This document shows positions 20,028 to 29,516 of a DNA stretch of 64,000 nt, piece after piece. This DNA is from an uncultured Verrucomicrobiae bacterium (GTDB taxonomy: Bacteria > Verrucomicrobiota > Verrucomicrobiia > Limisphaerales > Palsa-1400). Each line of letters starts with the position of its first letter. The stretch's first letter is position 1. The notes below the pieces were generated by a model that searched no databases, had not been told where the DNA came from, and saw only the letters and a list, made by a program, of their open reading frames with translations. The DNA lies in the NCBI GenBank assembly GCA_963764165.1, contig CAVXRD010000002.1:1920001-1984000 (forward strand), read 5' to 3'. A program made the position numbers and the translations under genes.

Positions 20028-20465
20028 TCAGACGCCGATGTCCTCATTCCACAACTGCGGATTCTTGGCGATGAAATCGCGCATGATTTGAATGCATTCG
20101 GGATCCTGCAAGACATCGACCTTGATGCCGTTGGCGCGCAGATGGTCTTCGCCGCCCATGAATGTCACGTTCTCACCGACGATCACGTGCGGGATTGAAT
20201 AAAGGAGAATGGCGCCGCTGCACATCGGGCAGGGCGAAAGCGTGGTGTAAATCGTGCATTTCTTGTAGACGGCGGCGGTCTTTCGCCCAGCGTTTTCCAG
20301 GCAATTCATCTCGCCATGATGGATGACGCTGCCTTTTTGGACGCGCTGGTTGTGGCCGCGCCCGATGATTTTGCCTTCGTAAACCAGGACGGAGCCGATG
20401 GGAATGCCGCCCTCAGCCAACCCTGCCTTGGCTTCGTCGATGGCTGCTTTTAGAAATGGATCCAT
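20028..20465 (-). CDS. Cytosine deaminase (yeast FCY1-like, CDA fold)
   Basis: EGGIPIG, HGEMNCLEN, TTLSPCPMC, WNEDIG. Confidence 0.88.
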   Translation of the reverse strand: MDPFLKAAIDEAKAGLAEGGIPIGSVLVYEGKIIGRGHNQRVQKGSVIHHGEMNCLENAGRKTAAVYKKCTIYTTLSPCPMCSGAILLYSIPHVIVGENVTFMGGEDHLRANGIKVDVLQDPECIQIMRDFIAKNPQLWNEDIGV

Positions 20466-20560
20466 GCATTCAGAGGCGCGCCTCGCCAATTTCCGCTGGC
20501 ATAAGCGTGACCATCCGCCTAGAATGCCGCAACGCTGACAAATTGGAAGCCAAAGTTGTA

Positions 20561-20643
20561 AGGTAGGGACGCCTCGCCGAGGCGTCCGCTTTGAGGCGTG
20601 GTTCATGCGCAAGCCCGGACGCCTCGGCGAGGCGTCCCTACCT
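20561..20643. repeat. Intact GTAG-type REP inverted pair
   Basis: aggtagggacgcctcgccgaggcgtccg (20561-20588) and its perfect complement (20616-20643). Confidence 0.9.
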
Positions 20644-20661
20644 CAACAAAAAAATAAACCT

Positions 20662-21795
20662 ATGCCATCTCTTGCCACAACCGTTGACGGGCTGAAAATG
20701 CCGAACCCCTTCGTCATCGGCTCCGGGCCACCCGGGACCAACCTGAACGTCATTGCCAAAGCCTTCAAGGAAGGCTGGGGCGCGGTCATCGCCAAGACCA
20801 TCAGCCTCGACGCTTCCAAAGTCATCAACGTCACCCCCCGTTACGCGAAACTGCACAGCAAAGCCGGTGACGAAGTTGTTGGCTGGGAAAACATCGAACT
20901 CATCAGCGACCGCCCCTTCAAAATCTGGCTCGATGAATTCAAGAAGTGCAAAGACATGTTCCCCGAAGGCGTTCTTATCGCCTCGATCATGGAGGAATAC
21001 AACAAGGACGCGTGGGTTGAAATTGTCGAGCGCTGCCAGGACGTCGGCGTGGATGGATTTGAATTGAATTTTTCGTGTCCGCACGGATTGCCCGAGCGCA
21101 AAATGGGCGCGGCCATGGGGCAGGATTGCGAGATCCTGGAAGAAGTTTGCGGCTGGGTCATGGGCGCGGCCAAAAAGCCCGTCTGGGCCAAGATGACGCC
21201 AAACGTCACGCACATCGAAGAGCCGAGCCGCGCGGCCTTGAAGGCCGGATGCCAGGGCATCAGCGCGATCAACACGATTCGCTGCGTGATGGGAATTAAC
21301 CTCGACACCTTGCGGCCCGAGCCGAGCGTGGAAGGCTACAGCACACCGGGTGGCTATTCGTGCAAAGCTGTCCGCCCCATTGCGCTCCGCATGGTGATGG
21401 AAATCGCGACGATGACCGCGAAGGAATTTCCCGGCCGCTCGCTCTCGGGCATCGGCGGCGTCGAGTCTGGCACGGACGCGGCGCAATTCATACTTGTCGG
21501 CGCGGACACGGTGCAAGTTTGCACCGGCGTCATGAAGGAAGGATACGAGTGCGTCAAGCCGATGCAGGACGAACTGCTGGCCTTCATGGACAAGCATAAA
21601 TTCAACACGCTGGCTGATTTCAAAGGCAAAAGCCTCCCGTATTTCACGACCCATTTCGGTCTCGTCCAGAAACAAGCCCAGCGCAAAGCCGCCCAAAAAG
21701 CCGCCGCCGCCACGCCGAAAAAAGTGGTTGGGTCCGATGCGGAATGGAGTGGAGACTCGTTTGTGCAGCAGTCGGATGCGTTATCGAAAAGTTAA
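20662..21795 (+). CDS. preA: Dihydropyrimidine dehydrogenase PreA subunit (no C-terminal ferredoxin)
   Basis: GSGPPGTN, GWENIELISDR, ELNFSCPHG, WAKMTPN, SAINT, VQVCTG. Confidence 0.9.
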   Translation: MPSLATTVDGLKMPNPFVIGSGPPGTNLNVIAKAFKEGWGAVIAKTISLDASKVINVTPRYAKLHSKAGDEVVGWENIELISDRPFKIWLDEFKKCKDMFPEGVLIASIMEEYNKDAWVEIVERCQDVGVDGFELNFSCPHGLPERKMGAAMGQDCEILEEVCGWVMGAAKKPVWAKMTPNVTHIEEPSRAALKAGCQGISAINTIRCVMGINLDTLRPEPSVEGYSTPGGYSCKAVRPIALRMVMEIATMTAKEFPGRSLSGIGGVESGTDAAQFILVGADTVQVCTGVMKEGYECVKPMQDELLAFMDKHKFNTLADFKGKSLPYFTTHFGLVQKQAQRKAAQKAAAATPKKVVGSDAEWSGDSFVQQSDALSKS

Positions 21796-21981
21796 GTCCC
21801 AGCTTCGGCAGAGTATTCGAGGCAAGCCTTGATGTCGTCTGGTTCCAGATACGGAAAGTCCTGAAGGATTTCTTGTTCGCTCGCGCCAGCGGCGAGAAGA
21901 CCCATCACATCTATAACGCGGATGCACATTCCCCGAATGCAAGGGCGTCCGCCGCATTGTGATTCGTTCAGCAAGCTTCAT
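21792..21981 (-). pseudogene. DUF433 family (antitoxin-like), frameshifted
   Basis: MKLAERIT from ATG 21981 is out of frame with QCGGRPCIRG..IRV.DV..LLA.G....EIL.DFP.L...DI.A. Confidence 0.7.
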
Positions 21982-22349
21982 ATCACCTTAAATCCTTGGC
22001 TACTCTTACAAAAATCTCGGAATCGCACCAGCCAATCGTACGATGCTGAATAATGTCGATCCCAATCGCCGTCCGAAAAATCTGGCGGTCCCTTTGGTTC
22101 TCGCGTGACTTCACCATCGAGCCGCACCCTGCCATCCTTCGGAAACTTTGACAGACATACATCCAAGAAATTCGCTATTTTGTCGGCCTCGGCCGATGAT
22201 ACCTCGGCGCCAACGCCATTGAGCTGCAACAATTTGAAGCGAGTGTCATCCAGCTGCAATGCGTTTCGTACCAAGAGCATTGTTGGGCGCCAGTGCCAGA
22301 TATTAATCTGCACATCTGCACCGGTTGACGCTTGAAGAATAAAGCTCAT
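21978..22349 (-). CDS. Hypothetical protein
   Basis: 123-aa ORF ending FRDFCKSSQGFKVI; ATGA-coupled to the DUF433 remnant. Confidence 0.6.
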   Translation of the reverse strand: MSFILQASTGADVQINIWHWRPTMLLVRNALQLDDTRFKLLQLNGVGAEVSSAEADKIANFLDVCLSKFPKDGRVRLDGEVTREPKGPPDFSDGDWDRHYSASYDWLVRFRDFCKSSQGFKVI

Positions 22350-22418
22350 CGCAGTCTTTCTTAGCTTTCAAATTAGATCAAGAATCAATCGAGGCAACCC
22401 ATGATGAAGTTGCCCCTG

Positions 22419-23040
22419 AGCGCCGTAGGCGCGGCACCGTTGTAGAAAAATATAAAAAGATATCTTTCAAGCTCCGTCAGGAGCGGCACAGGCGCAATCA
22501 TTCATCGGTTGCTTTGAATACATATCGCGGGTCGTAGGGAACGGCAAACTTTTCCAACAACTCGAGGTATTCCTCACGAAATGATTTTTTGGCGTGGTGC
22601 TTCTGCTGGTTGTCAATATAATGAATTACAGCGTTGAGTTGCGAACGCGAATACGAAAAGGCTCCAAATCCTTCCTGCCATGAAAAACGTCCGGCCACCC
22701 ATTTCAGCTCATTAATGAATTTTGACGAGTTGGCCTTAATGTCTCGAACCAGATCGGAAAGCGACTGGTCGGGCAGCAACCCGATGAGCAGATGCATATG
22801 ATCCGGCATATTGTTAATCGCAATCAATTTATGTTTATGCGAGGAGACAATGCCCGTGATGTATTTTTGGAGTCTGTCGTTATGCCGTGGATCAATGAGG
22901 TTTTGGCGGCCTTCAACGGCAAATACAACGTGAATGTAAATTTGGGTGTAGGTGTTCGCCATGCTCAGAAAGTGCCGCTCCTAACGGAGCTTGAAAATCT
23001 TTTTTAGCCGTTACTACAACGGTGCCGCGCCTACGGCGCT
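22419..23040 (-). mobile_element. IS200/IS605-type (RAYT-like) unit bounded by long inverted repeats
   Basis: 22419-22445 vs 23014-23040 is a perfect 27-bp IR; 22465-22489 vs 22972-22996 is a 24/25 IR; both flank tnpA. Confidence 0.8.
22498..22962 (-). CDS. tnpA: IS200/IS605 family Y1 HUH transposase TnpA
   Basis: YIHVVF, MPDHMHLL (HUH), WQEGFGAFS, YIDNQ..HH. Confidence 0.92.
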   Translation of the reverse strand: MANTYTQIYIHVVFAVEGRQNLIDPRHNDRLQKYITGIVSSHKHKLIAINNMPDHMHLLIGLLPDQSLSDLVRDIKANSSKFINELKWVAGRFSWQEGFGAFSYSRSQLNAVIHYIDNQQKHHAKKSFREEYLELLEKFAVPYDPRYVFKATDE

Positions 23041-23151
23041 TCGGCGGTTTCGAGAATTTCCCGCGCGCCCGCCCAAAGGATTTTCTTTTCCTTTCCACAC
23101 AACTCGCTACAATTTTCACCTTTCCGTTCCAAACGGCCGAAATCTGAAGAA

Positions 23152-24633
23152 ATGAATACCTGTCCGGTTTTTATCGGCGGAGAGTGGCGCACTCTCACCG
23201 ACGTTGCCACGACGCCAGTCCACAATCCGTCGACCGGCGACGTGATTGCCCAGGCGCCGTTGTGCACTGCGAAGCATGTTGACGAAGCGGTCGAAGCGGC
23301 GGCGGCGGCTTTTCCTGGCTGGTGGGAAACTCCGGCAGTCGAGCGGGCGCGGATTTTCTTCCGGTTCAAGGCGCTGCTCGAACAGCATTTCGAGGAACTC
23401 ATCCGCCTCAATACCCGCGAACACGGCAAGACCCTCGCTGAATCGCGCGGGGATGTGAAGCGCGGCTTGGAAATGGTCGAGTTCGCCTGCGGCATCCCGT
23501 CGCTGCTGATGGGGGAGAGCATGGAGAATGTCGCGCGCGGCATTGACTGCGATACGATTCGCCAGCCGCTAGGCGTTTGCGCGGGCATCACGCCCTTCAA
23601 TTTTCCGGCGATGGTTCCATTGTGGATGTATCCGGTGGCCCTCGTTTGCGGAAACACGTTCGTTCTCAAGCCCAGCGAAAAGGTTCCGCTGACCGCCATC
23701 CGCATTGTCCAACTTCTGGCGGAATCGGGATTGCCGAACGGCGTGATCAATATTGTTCACGGCGGACGCGAAGTCGTGGACGCCATTTTGACCCATCCAA
23801 AAATCAAGGCGATTTCTTTTGTCGGCTCCACGCCTGTGGCGCGGCATGTTTTTGAAGTTGGCACGCGGCATGGCAAACGAGTTCAATCCAACGGCGGCGC
23901 GAAGAATTTCGTTTTCATCATGCCGGACGCGGATGTCGAAAATTCGACCCGCGGCGTAATCGAGGCCGCTTACGGCTGCGCCGGAGAACGCTGCATGGCA
24001 GGTTCGACGGCGGTTATCATTGGCGACGCTTCGAAGAATGTTTTGCCGTCCATTCTCGAAGCCGCCCGCGCCATTCAAGTCGGCCCGACCGACCGCGAAC
24101 AGCAACCGCATATGGGCCCAGTGATCACCCGCCAGCATCGCGAGCGCGTGGAGCAATTGATCGAAGCGGGCGCGAACGAAGGCGCTAATGTGGCCGTCGA
24201 CGGCCGCCCGGTGAAAGTGCCTGGCGAACCCAACGGCTTCTTCATCGGCGCCACCGTGCTTGACAATGTGCAAGGCGGGATGACCGTCGCGAAGGAGGAA
24301 ATTTTCGGCCCGGTTCTAAACGTCATGCGCTTCGAGCAGCTTGACGCGGCCATTGAAACAGCGAACCGCTGCCCCTATGGAAACGGCGCTTCCATCTTCA
24401 CGCGGTCCGGCAAGGCGGCGCGGGAGTTCAAACATCGCATCAAGGCGGGAATGGTTGGCATCAACATCGGCGTGCCCGCTTCGATGGCGTGGTTCCCGTT
24501 CAATGGATGGGACGAATCGTTTTTTGGCGATTTGCATATGCAAGGCCGCGAGGGCGTCCAATTTTTCACCCAGCAGAAAGTCACCACCACCCGCTGGTTC
24601 AGCTATGGGGAAGGCGACATCTGGCATCGTTGA
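23152..24633 (+). CDS. mmsA: CoA-acylating (methyl)malonate-semialdehyde dehydrogenase
   Basis: GITPFNFPAMVP, KPSE, SFVGST, GGAKN, GCAGERCMA, EEIFGP, GINIGVP. Confidence 0.9.
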   Translation: MNTCPVFIGGEWRTLTDVATTPVHNPSTGDVIAQAPLCTAKHVDEAVEAAAAAFPGWWETPAVERARIFFRFKALLEQHFEELIRLNTREHGKTLAESRGDVKRGLEMVEFACGIPSLLMGESMENVARGIDCDTIRQPLGVCAGITPFNFPAMVPLWMYPVALVCGNTFVLKPSEKVPLTAIRIVQLLAESGLPNGVINIVHGGREVVDAILTHPKIKAISFVGSTPVARHVFEVGTRHGKRVQSNGGAKNFVFIMPDADVENSTRGVIEAAYGCAGERCMAGSTAVIIGDASKNVLPSILEAARAIQVGPTDREQQPHMGPVITRQHRERVEQLIEAGANEGANVAVDGRPVKVPGEPNGFFIGATVLDNVQGGMTVAKEEIFGPVLNVMRFEQLDAAIETANRCPYGNGASIFTRSGKAAREFKHRIKAGMVGINIGVPASMAWFPFNGWDESFFGDLHMQGREGVQFFTQQKVTTTRWFSYGEGDIWHR

Positions 24634-24645
24634 CAGGCTGCCATC

Positions 24646-25050
24646 GTGATCATCAAAGAAACAGATTCACGAGCGCGCCGGATGAGCATCGCGGTGGGGA
24701 TCGCGCTCGCGATCATGATTGCGGCGGCGCTTATTTATTGGTTCGCAACTTCAAAGGAATCCAGCGCAAAATTCAATGGCGCTGCCATCGTGGCCGCGGC
24801 CAGGGATTACACCCGGGATTTGAAATCCCGCAACCAGCCCATCCCAAAATCGGTAACGCTGGACGATTTGGTCGAGCATCATTTTCTGACGCCATCCCAA
24901 GTGGAGGCGTTTAGCGGAGCCAAGACAACCGTCATGCTCATGGCGAATATGAGCGATCCCGCTTCCATCCTGATGCATGTTCATTTCAGTGATGGGACGG
25001 AATTTGTATTGTTGACGGACGGCAATGTCCTGCAGGTGCCGAGCAAATAG
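24646..25050 (+). CDS. Hypothetical protein with one N-terminal TM helix
   Basis: 134-aa ORF between mmsA and SulP; start uncertain. Confidence 0.55.
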   Translation: MIIKETDSRARRMSIAVGIALAIMIAAALIYWFATSKESSAKFNGAAIVAAARDYTRDLKSRNQPIPKSVTLDDLVEHHFLTPSQVEAFSGAKTTVMLMANMSDPASILMHVHFSDGTEFVLLTDGNVLQVPSK

Positions 25051-25082
25051 CCCGTCTGAAAAGGCCGCTGAGGCGGCCTCAT

Positions 25083-26762
25083 ATGAAACCATTTATATCG
25101 TTCCGCCCCAAACTGGCGGACACGCTCAACAATTATTCACGCGATGATTTTTCCGCCGACCTCGTGGCCGGGCTCACCGTTGGCCTTGTCGCGCTGCCGC
25201 TGGCCATGGCCTTTGCCATAGCGTCGGGCGTCAAGCCAGAGGCGGGCATTTTCACGGCGGTCATCGCGGGTTTCATCATATCGGCGCTTGGCGGCTCGCG
25301 CGTGGCCATCGGCGGGCCGACTGGCGCTTTCATCGCCATTCTCTACAACATTTGCGCCACCTATGGCGCGGATAATCTCGCCATCTGCACCATCATGGCG
25401 GGTTTCATTTTGCTGGTCATGGGCATCGCGAAACTCGGAAACACGATTAAGTTTATTCCCTACCCGGTGACGATGGGCTTCACATCAGGCATTGCGGTTC
25501 TCATCTTGACAACGCAGGTCAAGGATTTCTTCGGACTTAAGCTGGACAAGGTGCCCTCCGATTTTTTTGAGAAAATGAAGGCGCTGGCCGGGCACGCCGG
25601 AACCGCTCAATGGCAGGCCACATTGATGGCAGCGGCGTCGCTGGCGGTGATTTTGCTGTGGCCCAAGAAATGGGCGAGGCGCGTTCCTTCTCCCGTCGTT
25701 GCGCTGGTGCTGGGGACTCTTGCGGTCGCGTTGTTCAACCTCCCGGTCGAAACCATTGGCTCGCGTTTCGGAGGCATTCCGCAAACGCTGCCCAGGCCGG
25801 CTTTTCCGGCCATGTCCTGGCATCACATGCGCGAATTGGTGCAGCCGGCCACGACGATTGCGCTGCTCGCCGCCATCGAATCCCTTCTCTGCGCAGTGGT
25901 GGCGGACGGCATGATTGGGGATCGCCACAACCCGAATCAGGAATTGATGGCGCAAGGCATCGCCAATATCGCGAGCCCGCTGTTTGGCGGCATTGCGGCC
26001 ACGGGCGCGATTGCGCGCACGGCGACGAATGTTCGCTGCGGCGCGCGTTCGCCGGTGGCGGGAATGATGCACTCAATCACGCTGCTGGCCATCATCATGG
26101 TGGCGGCCCCCCTCGCGAAATTCATCCCGCTGGCGACCTTGAGCGCCGTGCTGGTGAACGTCGCGATGAACATGGGCGAATGGCACAATTTCAAGCGCCT
26201 TCCCAAATGGCCGCGCAGTGACGCCGCCGTTTTCCTGACGGCTTTTGGTTTGACAGTGGTTATCGATCTCACGGTCGCTGTTGAAATCGGCATGGTGCTG
26301 GCGGCGATTTTGTTCATCAAGCGTGTTGCAGAAACGACGCAAATAACCGCTGTGGACGAATCGACCGAGACCGAGGGATCGCATCATTCGTTGCGCGGAA
26401 AAACGGTGCCGGAAGGCGTGATGTTTTTTCGCATCTTCGGCTCGTTTTTCTTCGGCGCGGCGGACAAATTGGAGAGCGCCCTGCACCGCTTAAAGCAGGA
26501 ACCAGAGGTGCTGATTCTCGGCATGCGCAACGTCCTCGCCATGGACGCGACGGGACTGAATGCGCTGGAGGACATTTGCGAGCGCCTGGCTGGCCACGGC
26601 AAGCATCTCATCTTGAGCGGCCCGCACGCGCAGCCGCTTTTCATGATGGACAAGGCCGGTTTTCTTGACAAGCTCGGCCGCGAAAACGTCTGCGCCGATG
26701 TGGATGCTTCGTTGGCGAGATCGCTGGAGATTCTTGGGATGGGAAAAGGGAAGAGTTTTTAA
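25083..26762 (+). CDS. SulP/SLC26 anion transporter with STAS domain (DauA/YchM-like)
   Basis: DLVAGLTVGLVALPLAMAFA, GPTGA, NQELMAQG, ARTATN, FFGAA...DATG. Confidence 0.92.
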   Translation: MKPFISFRPKLADTLNNYSRDDFSADLVAGLTVGLVALPLAMAFAIASGVKPEAGIFTAVIAGFIISALGGSRVAIGGPTGAFIAILYNICATYGADNLAICTIMAGFILLVMGIAKLGNTIKFIPYPVTMGFTSGIAVLILTTQVKDFFGLKLDKVPSDFFEKMKALAGHAGTAQWQATLMAAASLAVILLWPKKWARRVPSPVVALVLGTLAVALFNLPVETIGSRFGGIPQTLPRPAFPAMSWHHMRELVQPATTIALLAAIESLLCAVVADGMIGDRHNPNQELMAQGIANIASPLFGGIAATGAIARTATNVRCGARSPVAGMMHSITLLAIIMVAAPLAKFIPLATLSAVLVNVAMNMGEWHNFKRLPKWPRSDAAVFLTAFGLTVVIDLTVAVEIGMVLAAILFIKRVAETTQITAVDESTETEGSHHSLRGKTVPEGVMFFRIFGSFFFGAADKLESALHRLKQEPEVLILGMRNVLAMDATGLNALEDICERLAGHGKHLILSGPHAQPLFMMDKAGFLDKLGRENVCADVDASLARSLEILGMGKGKSF

Positions 26763-26917
26763 TCAGGAACGACCGAACTCAGGAAAAGAGGCGTACAGCA
26801 GGCAAACGGCTTGATAAGACTTATAGGACCTATAGGGCTTATTAGGCCGCGAAAAAGTGGCGCGCACGGTACCGTCCCCAAGCCTCCGTGCCTGCGTTCG
26901 GTCGTTCCTGATTAAAA
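26757..26917. repeat. Palindromic element (AATCAGGAACGACCGA family), copy 2
   Basis: ttttaatcaggaacgaccgaac ... gttcggtcgttcctgattaaaa, with a longer spacer than copy 1. Confidence 0.8.
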
Positions 26918-26928
26918 TAAATTTCCCC

Positions 26929-28131
26929 TCACCCGATCTTCAACGAATCCAGCCCGATAATATCCGGATTGCCCTTCTGGATTTCCGCCAGCAATTCGGC
27001 GGGCGGCTGGTCGGCGAGCTGGATGCGGCAGCTGGCGGCGAGCGCTCCCTCAAATACAACGTTCTCGACTTCCTCGACGTTCAAGCCGGCGCGGCGGATA
27101 TGATCCAGCACAAACGCCAGCACGCCAATGCGATCATGATGGCGCACCACCAACTGCCACTTGGCGGGTGTGCGGTGGGCGAGGTTGACGCAATTGGCGA
27201 CCACGCCCGTTTTTATGAACGACTCGACCACATGCACCGCCTCTTCGGCAATGGCGTTTTGCGATTGTGTTGTTGACGCTCCAATGTGGTGCGTGCCGTG
27301 AAGGCCTGGCAATTTGAGAATCGGGTCGGTGAACGGCGCGGCGCCTTCGGCCGGTTCGGGATCGAAAACGTCGAGGCCGGCGCGGATTCGTTTGGATTCG
27401 ACGGCTTCACGAAGGGCGGCTTGATCGACGACTTCGCCGCGCGAGGTGTTGATGAGAATGGCGCCGGGGCGCATCAGCCATAAGCGGGAAGCGTTGACAA
27501 GCTTGCGGGTTTCCGGCCCCAAGGCGACGTGCAGGGAAACGATGTCTGATTCGCGGAAAACGTCATCCACACTTTCGCAAAATTCCACGCCCAATTCTTC
27601 CGCCTGCGCCTTCGTCAGCGAGCGGGACCAGGCGACGACTTTCAATCCGAACGCATGCGCCCGGCGAATCACTTCGCGGCCGATGCTGCCCACGCCAATG
27701 ACGCCGAGAGTTTTGCCGTAAACGCCGTCCGCATTTGAAAAGTCTTTCTTGTTCCATTTTCCATCGCGGAGGGCGGCGACGTTCTCAGGAACGCGGCGGT
27801 CCAGCGACAGGATCAGCGCGAAAACGAGTTCCGCCACGGCGATGGAATTTTTGCCGGGGCAATTACTTACAAAAATGCCCAGGCTGCTGGCCGTTTTGAC
27901 ATCGATGGTGTTGACACCGGCGCCCGCCCGCAAAACGAGGGCGAGATTTGGCATGGCCTTGAGGACTTCAGCCCCAACCTTCTTGCTGCGAACGATGAGA
28001 ATCTTGCAGCCAGGCGAAAAGGACGGAAGCTCTTCGGATTTGGCGGAAGGATGATACTCAACCTCACACCCGATTTGTTTGAGACGAAGGATATAGGATT
28101 CCGGGAAAGTATCGGCTACCAGAGTTTTCAT
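26929..28131 (-). CDS. D-3-phosphoglycerate dehydrogenase-like (2-hydroxyacid dehydrogenase + ACT)
   Basis: RAGAGVNTID, GVGSIG, INTSRG, LDVF..EP, HIGAST, C-terminal HHDRIGVL ACT domain. Confidence 0.85.
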   Translation of the reverse strand: MKTLVADTFPESYILRLKQIGCEVEYHPSAKSEELPSFSPGCKILIVRSKKVGAEVLKAMPNLALVLRAGAGVNTIDVKTASSLGIFVSNCPGKNSIAVAELVFALILSLDRRVPENVAALRDGKWNKKDFSNADGVYGKTLGVIGVGSIGREVIRRAHAFGLKVVAWSRSLTKAQAEELGVEFCESVDDVFRESDIVSLHVALGPETRKLVNASRLWLMRPGAILINTSRGEVVDQAALREAVESKRIRAGLDVFDPEPAEGAAPFTDPILKLPGLHGTHHIGASTTQSQNAIAEEAVHVVESFIKTGVVANCVNLAHRTPAKWQLVVRHHDRIGVLAFVLDHIRRAGLNVEEVENVVFEGALAASCRIQLADQPPAELLAEIQKGNPDIIGLDSLKIG

Positions 28132-28148
28132 ATGTTGCTGCCCGCCCC

Positions 28149-29516
28149 TTATTGAGGCTTTGGTCGATTGCGATATTTATCGTAGAGGCGGGTATGGCGG
28201 CTTTCAAGCGAAACTGCGTGCCCAGCCACCCAGAGATGAGTGACGTTTTGGCGCAAATCCATGATGTCGCCAGTGCAGGAAAACAGCGTGGCGACCTTGC
28301 CGGGCTCAATGGAACCAATCTGCTCAGAGACTCCCATGACTTGGGCCGGATATAAAGTGATCGCCTTCAAAGCCTCGTCGGCGGGCAATCCGTAAGCGAC
28401 GGCGGACGCAGCCGTATAAGGCAGATTCTTTGCCAGCGCGGCGGGGTCGGCCGACTCGCCGCCTTCCGGCATCGAGATGATGACTTTCACGCCAGCCTTG
28501 TGCATCAGTTCAGGAGCCTTGAAATGGATGTCGTAACCGTCAGATTCTGAGGAGGGCAGGGTATAAGTCCCAGCATAGATTACGGGAACGTCCTGTTTGG
28601 CCAGCAAATCGCCAACCTTCCACCCATCGCGTCCGCCCGCAATGACAATTCTGTATTTGTTGGTGCCAGCCCATTTCAATGCTGCCTTGATTTGTCGAAC
28701 ATCGTCTGCGTGGACGACAATCGGAGCGTCCCCGCGAACGTAGGGGCGCATCGCTTCCCACGAAGGATTCAAGCCGGGATCGGGTGCGCCGTGGGTTTTG
28801 GCGGCGCTGCGGGCCACGTCATAGGCTTTTGCGTCAATAAAATAATCGGCCAGCTCCTTGATCTTTTTTTGGCGCTCTTTGACTTGCTCGTCTGGTGACG
28901 CGCCGCCAGCCCCACGACGGCGTCCGCCGCCACCCCCACCTCCGCGCCGGCCGCCGCCACCGACGTTCATGTTCGGCCAAAAGACGTGCAGCGCGGCGGG
29001 TTTTTTGAAAACCATGCTCTCCGTGGTCCAGCCGTCCATCGCCATCAAGCCGGAACGGCCCGCCACCATTGTGCCTTGCGGAATTGGTTCGAAATAGCCA
29101 ATGCCATTGGCGCGGGCCACCGCGATCAATTCGGAATCCGGATTGACCGCCACCCAAGATCCCACTTCTGGGATGAATTGCCCGACTTCCTCCTCGTCAA
29201 GAGTTGCGCGAACGGCTTCGATCTCCACAAGGCCCAGTGGCGTATCCAAATCCACCAACCCGGGATAAAGATGCTGTCCGGTCAAATCAATGGTTTGGTC
29301 AGCCTTGGCCTCAATGTGCGCGGCGATTTGCGAAATTTTTCCGCCGTCCACCAGAACATCCGCCCCCGCCATGGCCGGGCCGGTGACGGGATGCACGGTC
29401 GCGTTTTTCAGCAGCAGCGTCTCGGCGCGGCTTGACAGCGGCGCGAGCGCGCACGCGGCCATCGCCACCCAAGCAGTGAGCCTGGCTGAAAAATTATGGT
29501 TTGCCGTCCGCTTCAT
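28149..29516 (-). CDS. Secreted amidohydrolase family protein
   Basis: Signal peptide; LLKNATVH, PGLVD, ITLYPA, GSIEPGKVA; start chosen at ATG 29516. Confidence 0.82.
   Translation of the reverse strand: MKRTANHNFSARLTAWVAMAACALAPLSSRAETLLLKNATVHPVTGPAMAGADVLVDGGKISQIAAHIEAKADQTIDLTGQHLYPGLVDLDTPLGLVEIEAVRATLDEEEVGQFIPEVGSWVAVNPDSELIAVARANGIGYFEPIPQGTMVAGRSGLMAMDGWTTESMVFKKPAALHVFWPNMNVGGGGRRGGGGGGGRRRGAGGASPDEQVKERQKKIKELADYFIDAKAYDVARSAAKTHGAPDPGLNPSWEAMRPYVRGDAPIVVHADDVRQIKAALKWAGTNKYRIVIAGGRDGWKVGDLLAKQDVPVIYAGTYTLPSSESDGYDIHFKAPELMHKAGVKVIISMPEGGESADPAALAKNLPYTAASAVAYGLPADEALKAITLYPAQVMGVSEQIGSIEPGKVATLFSCTGDIMDLRQNVTHLWVAGHAVSLESRHTRLYDKYRNRPKPQ

Noticed and set aside
20466..20661. Longer starts for cytosine deaminase and preA
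   Set aside because: The extensions translate the REP (RRGVPT, GRLGEASLP), which also appears in spurious ORFs at other REP copies
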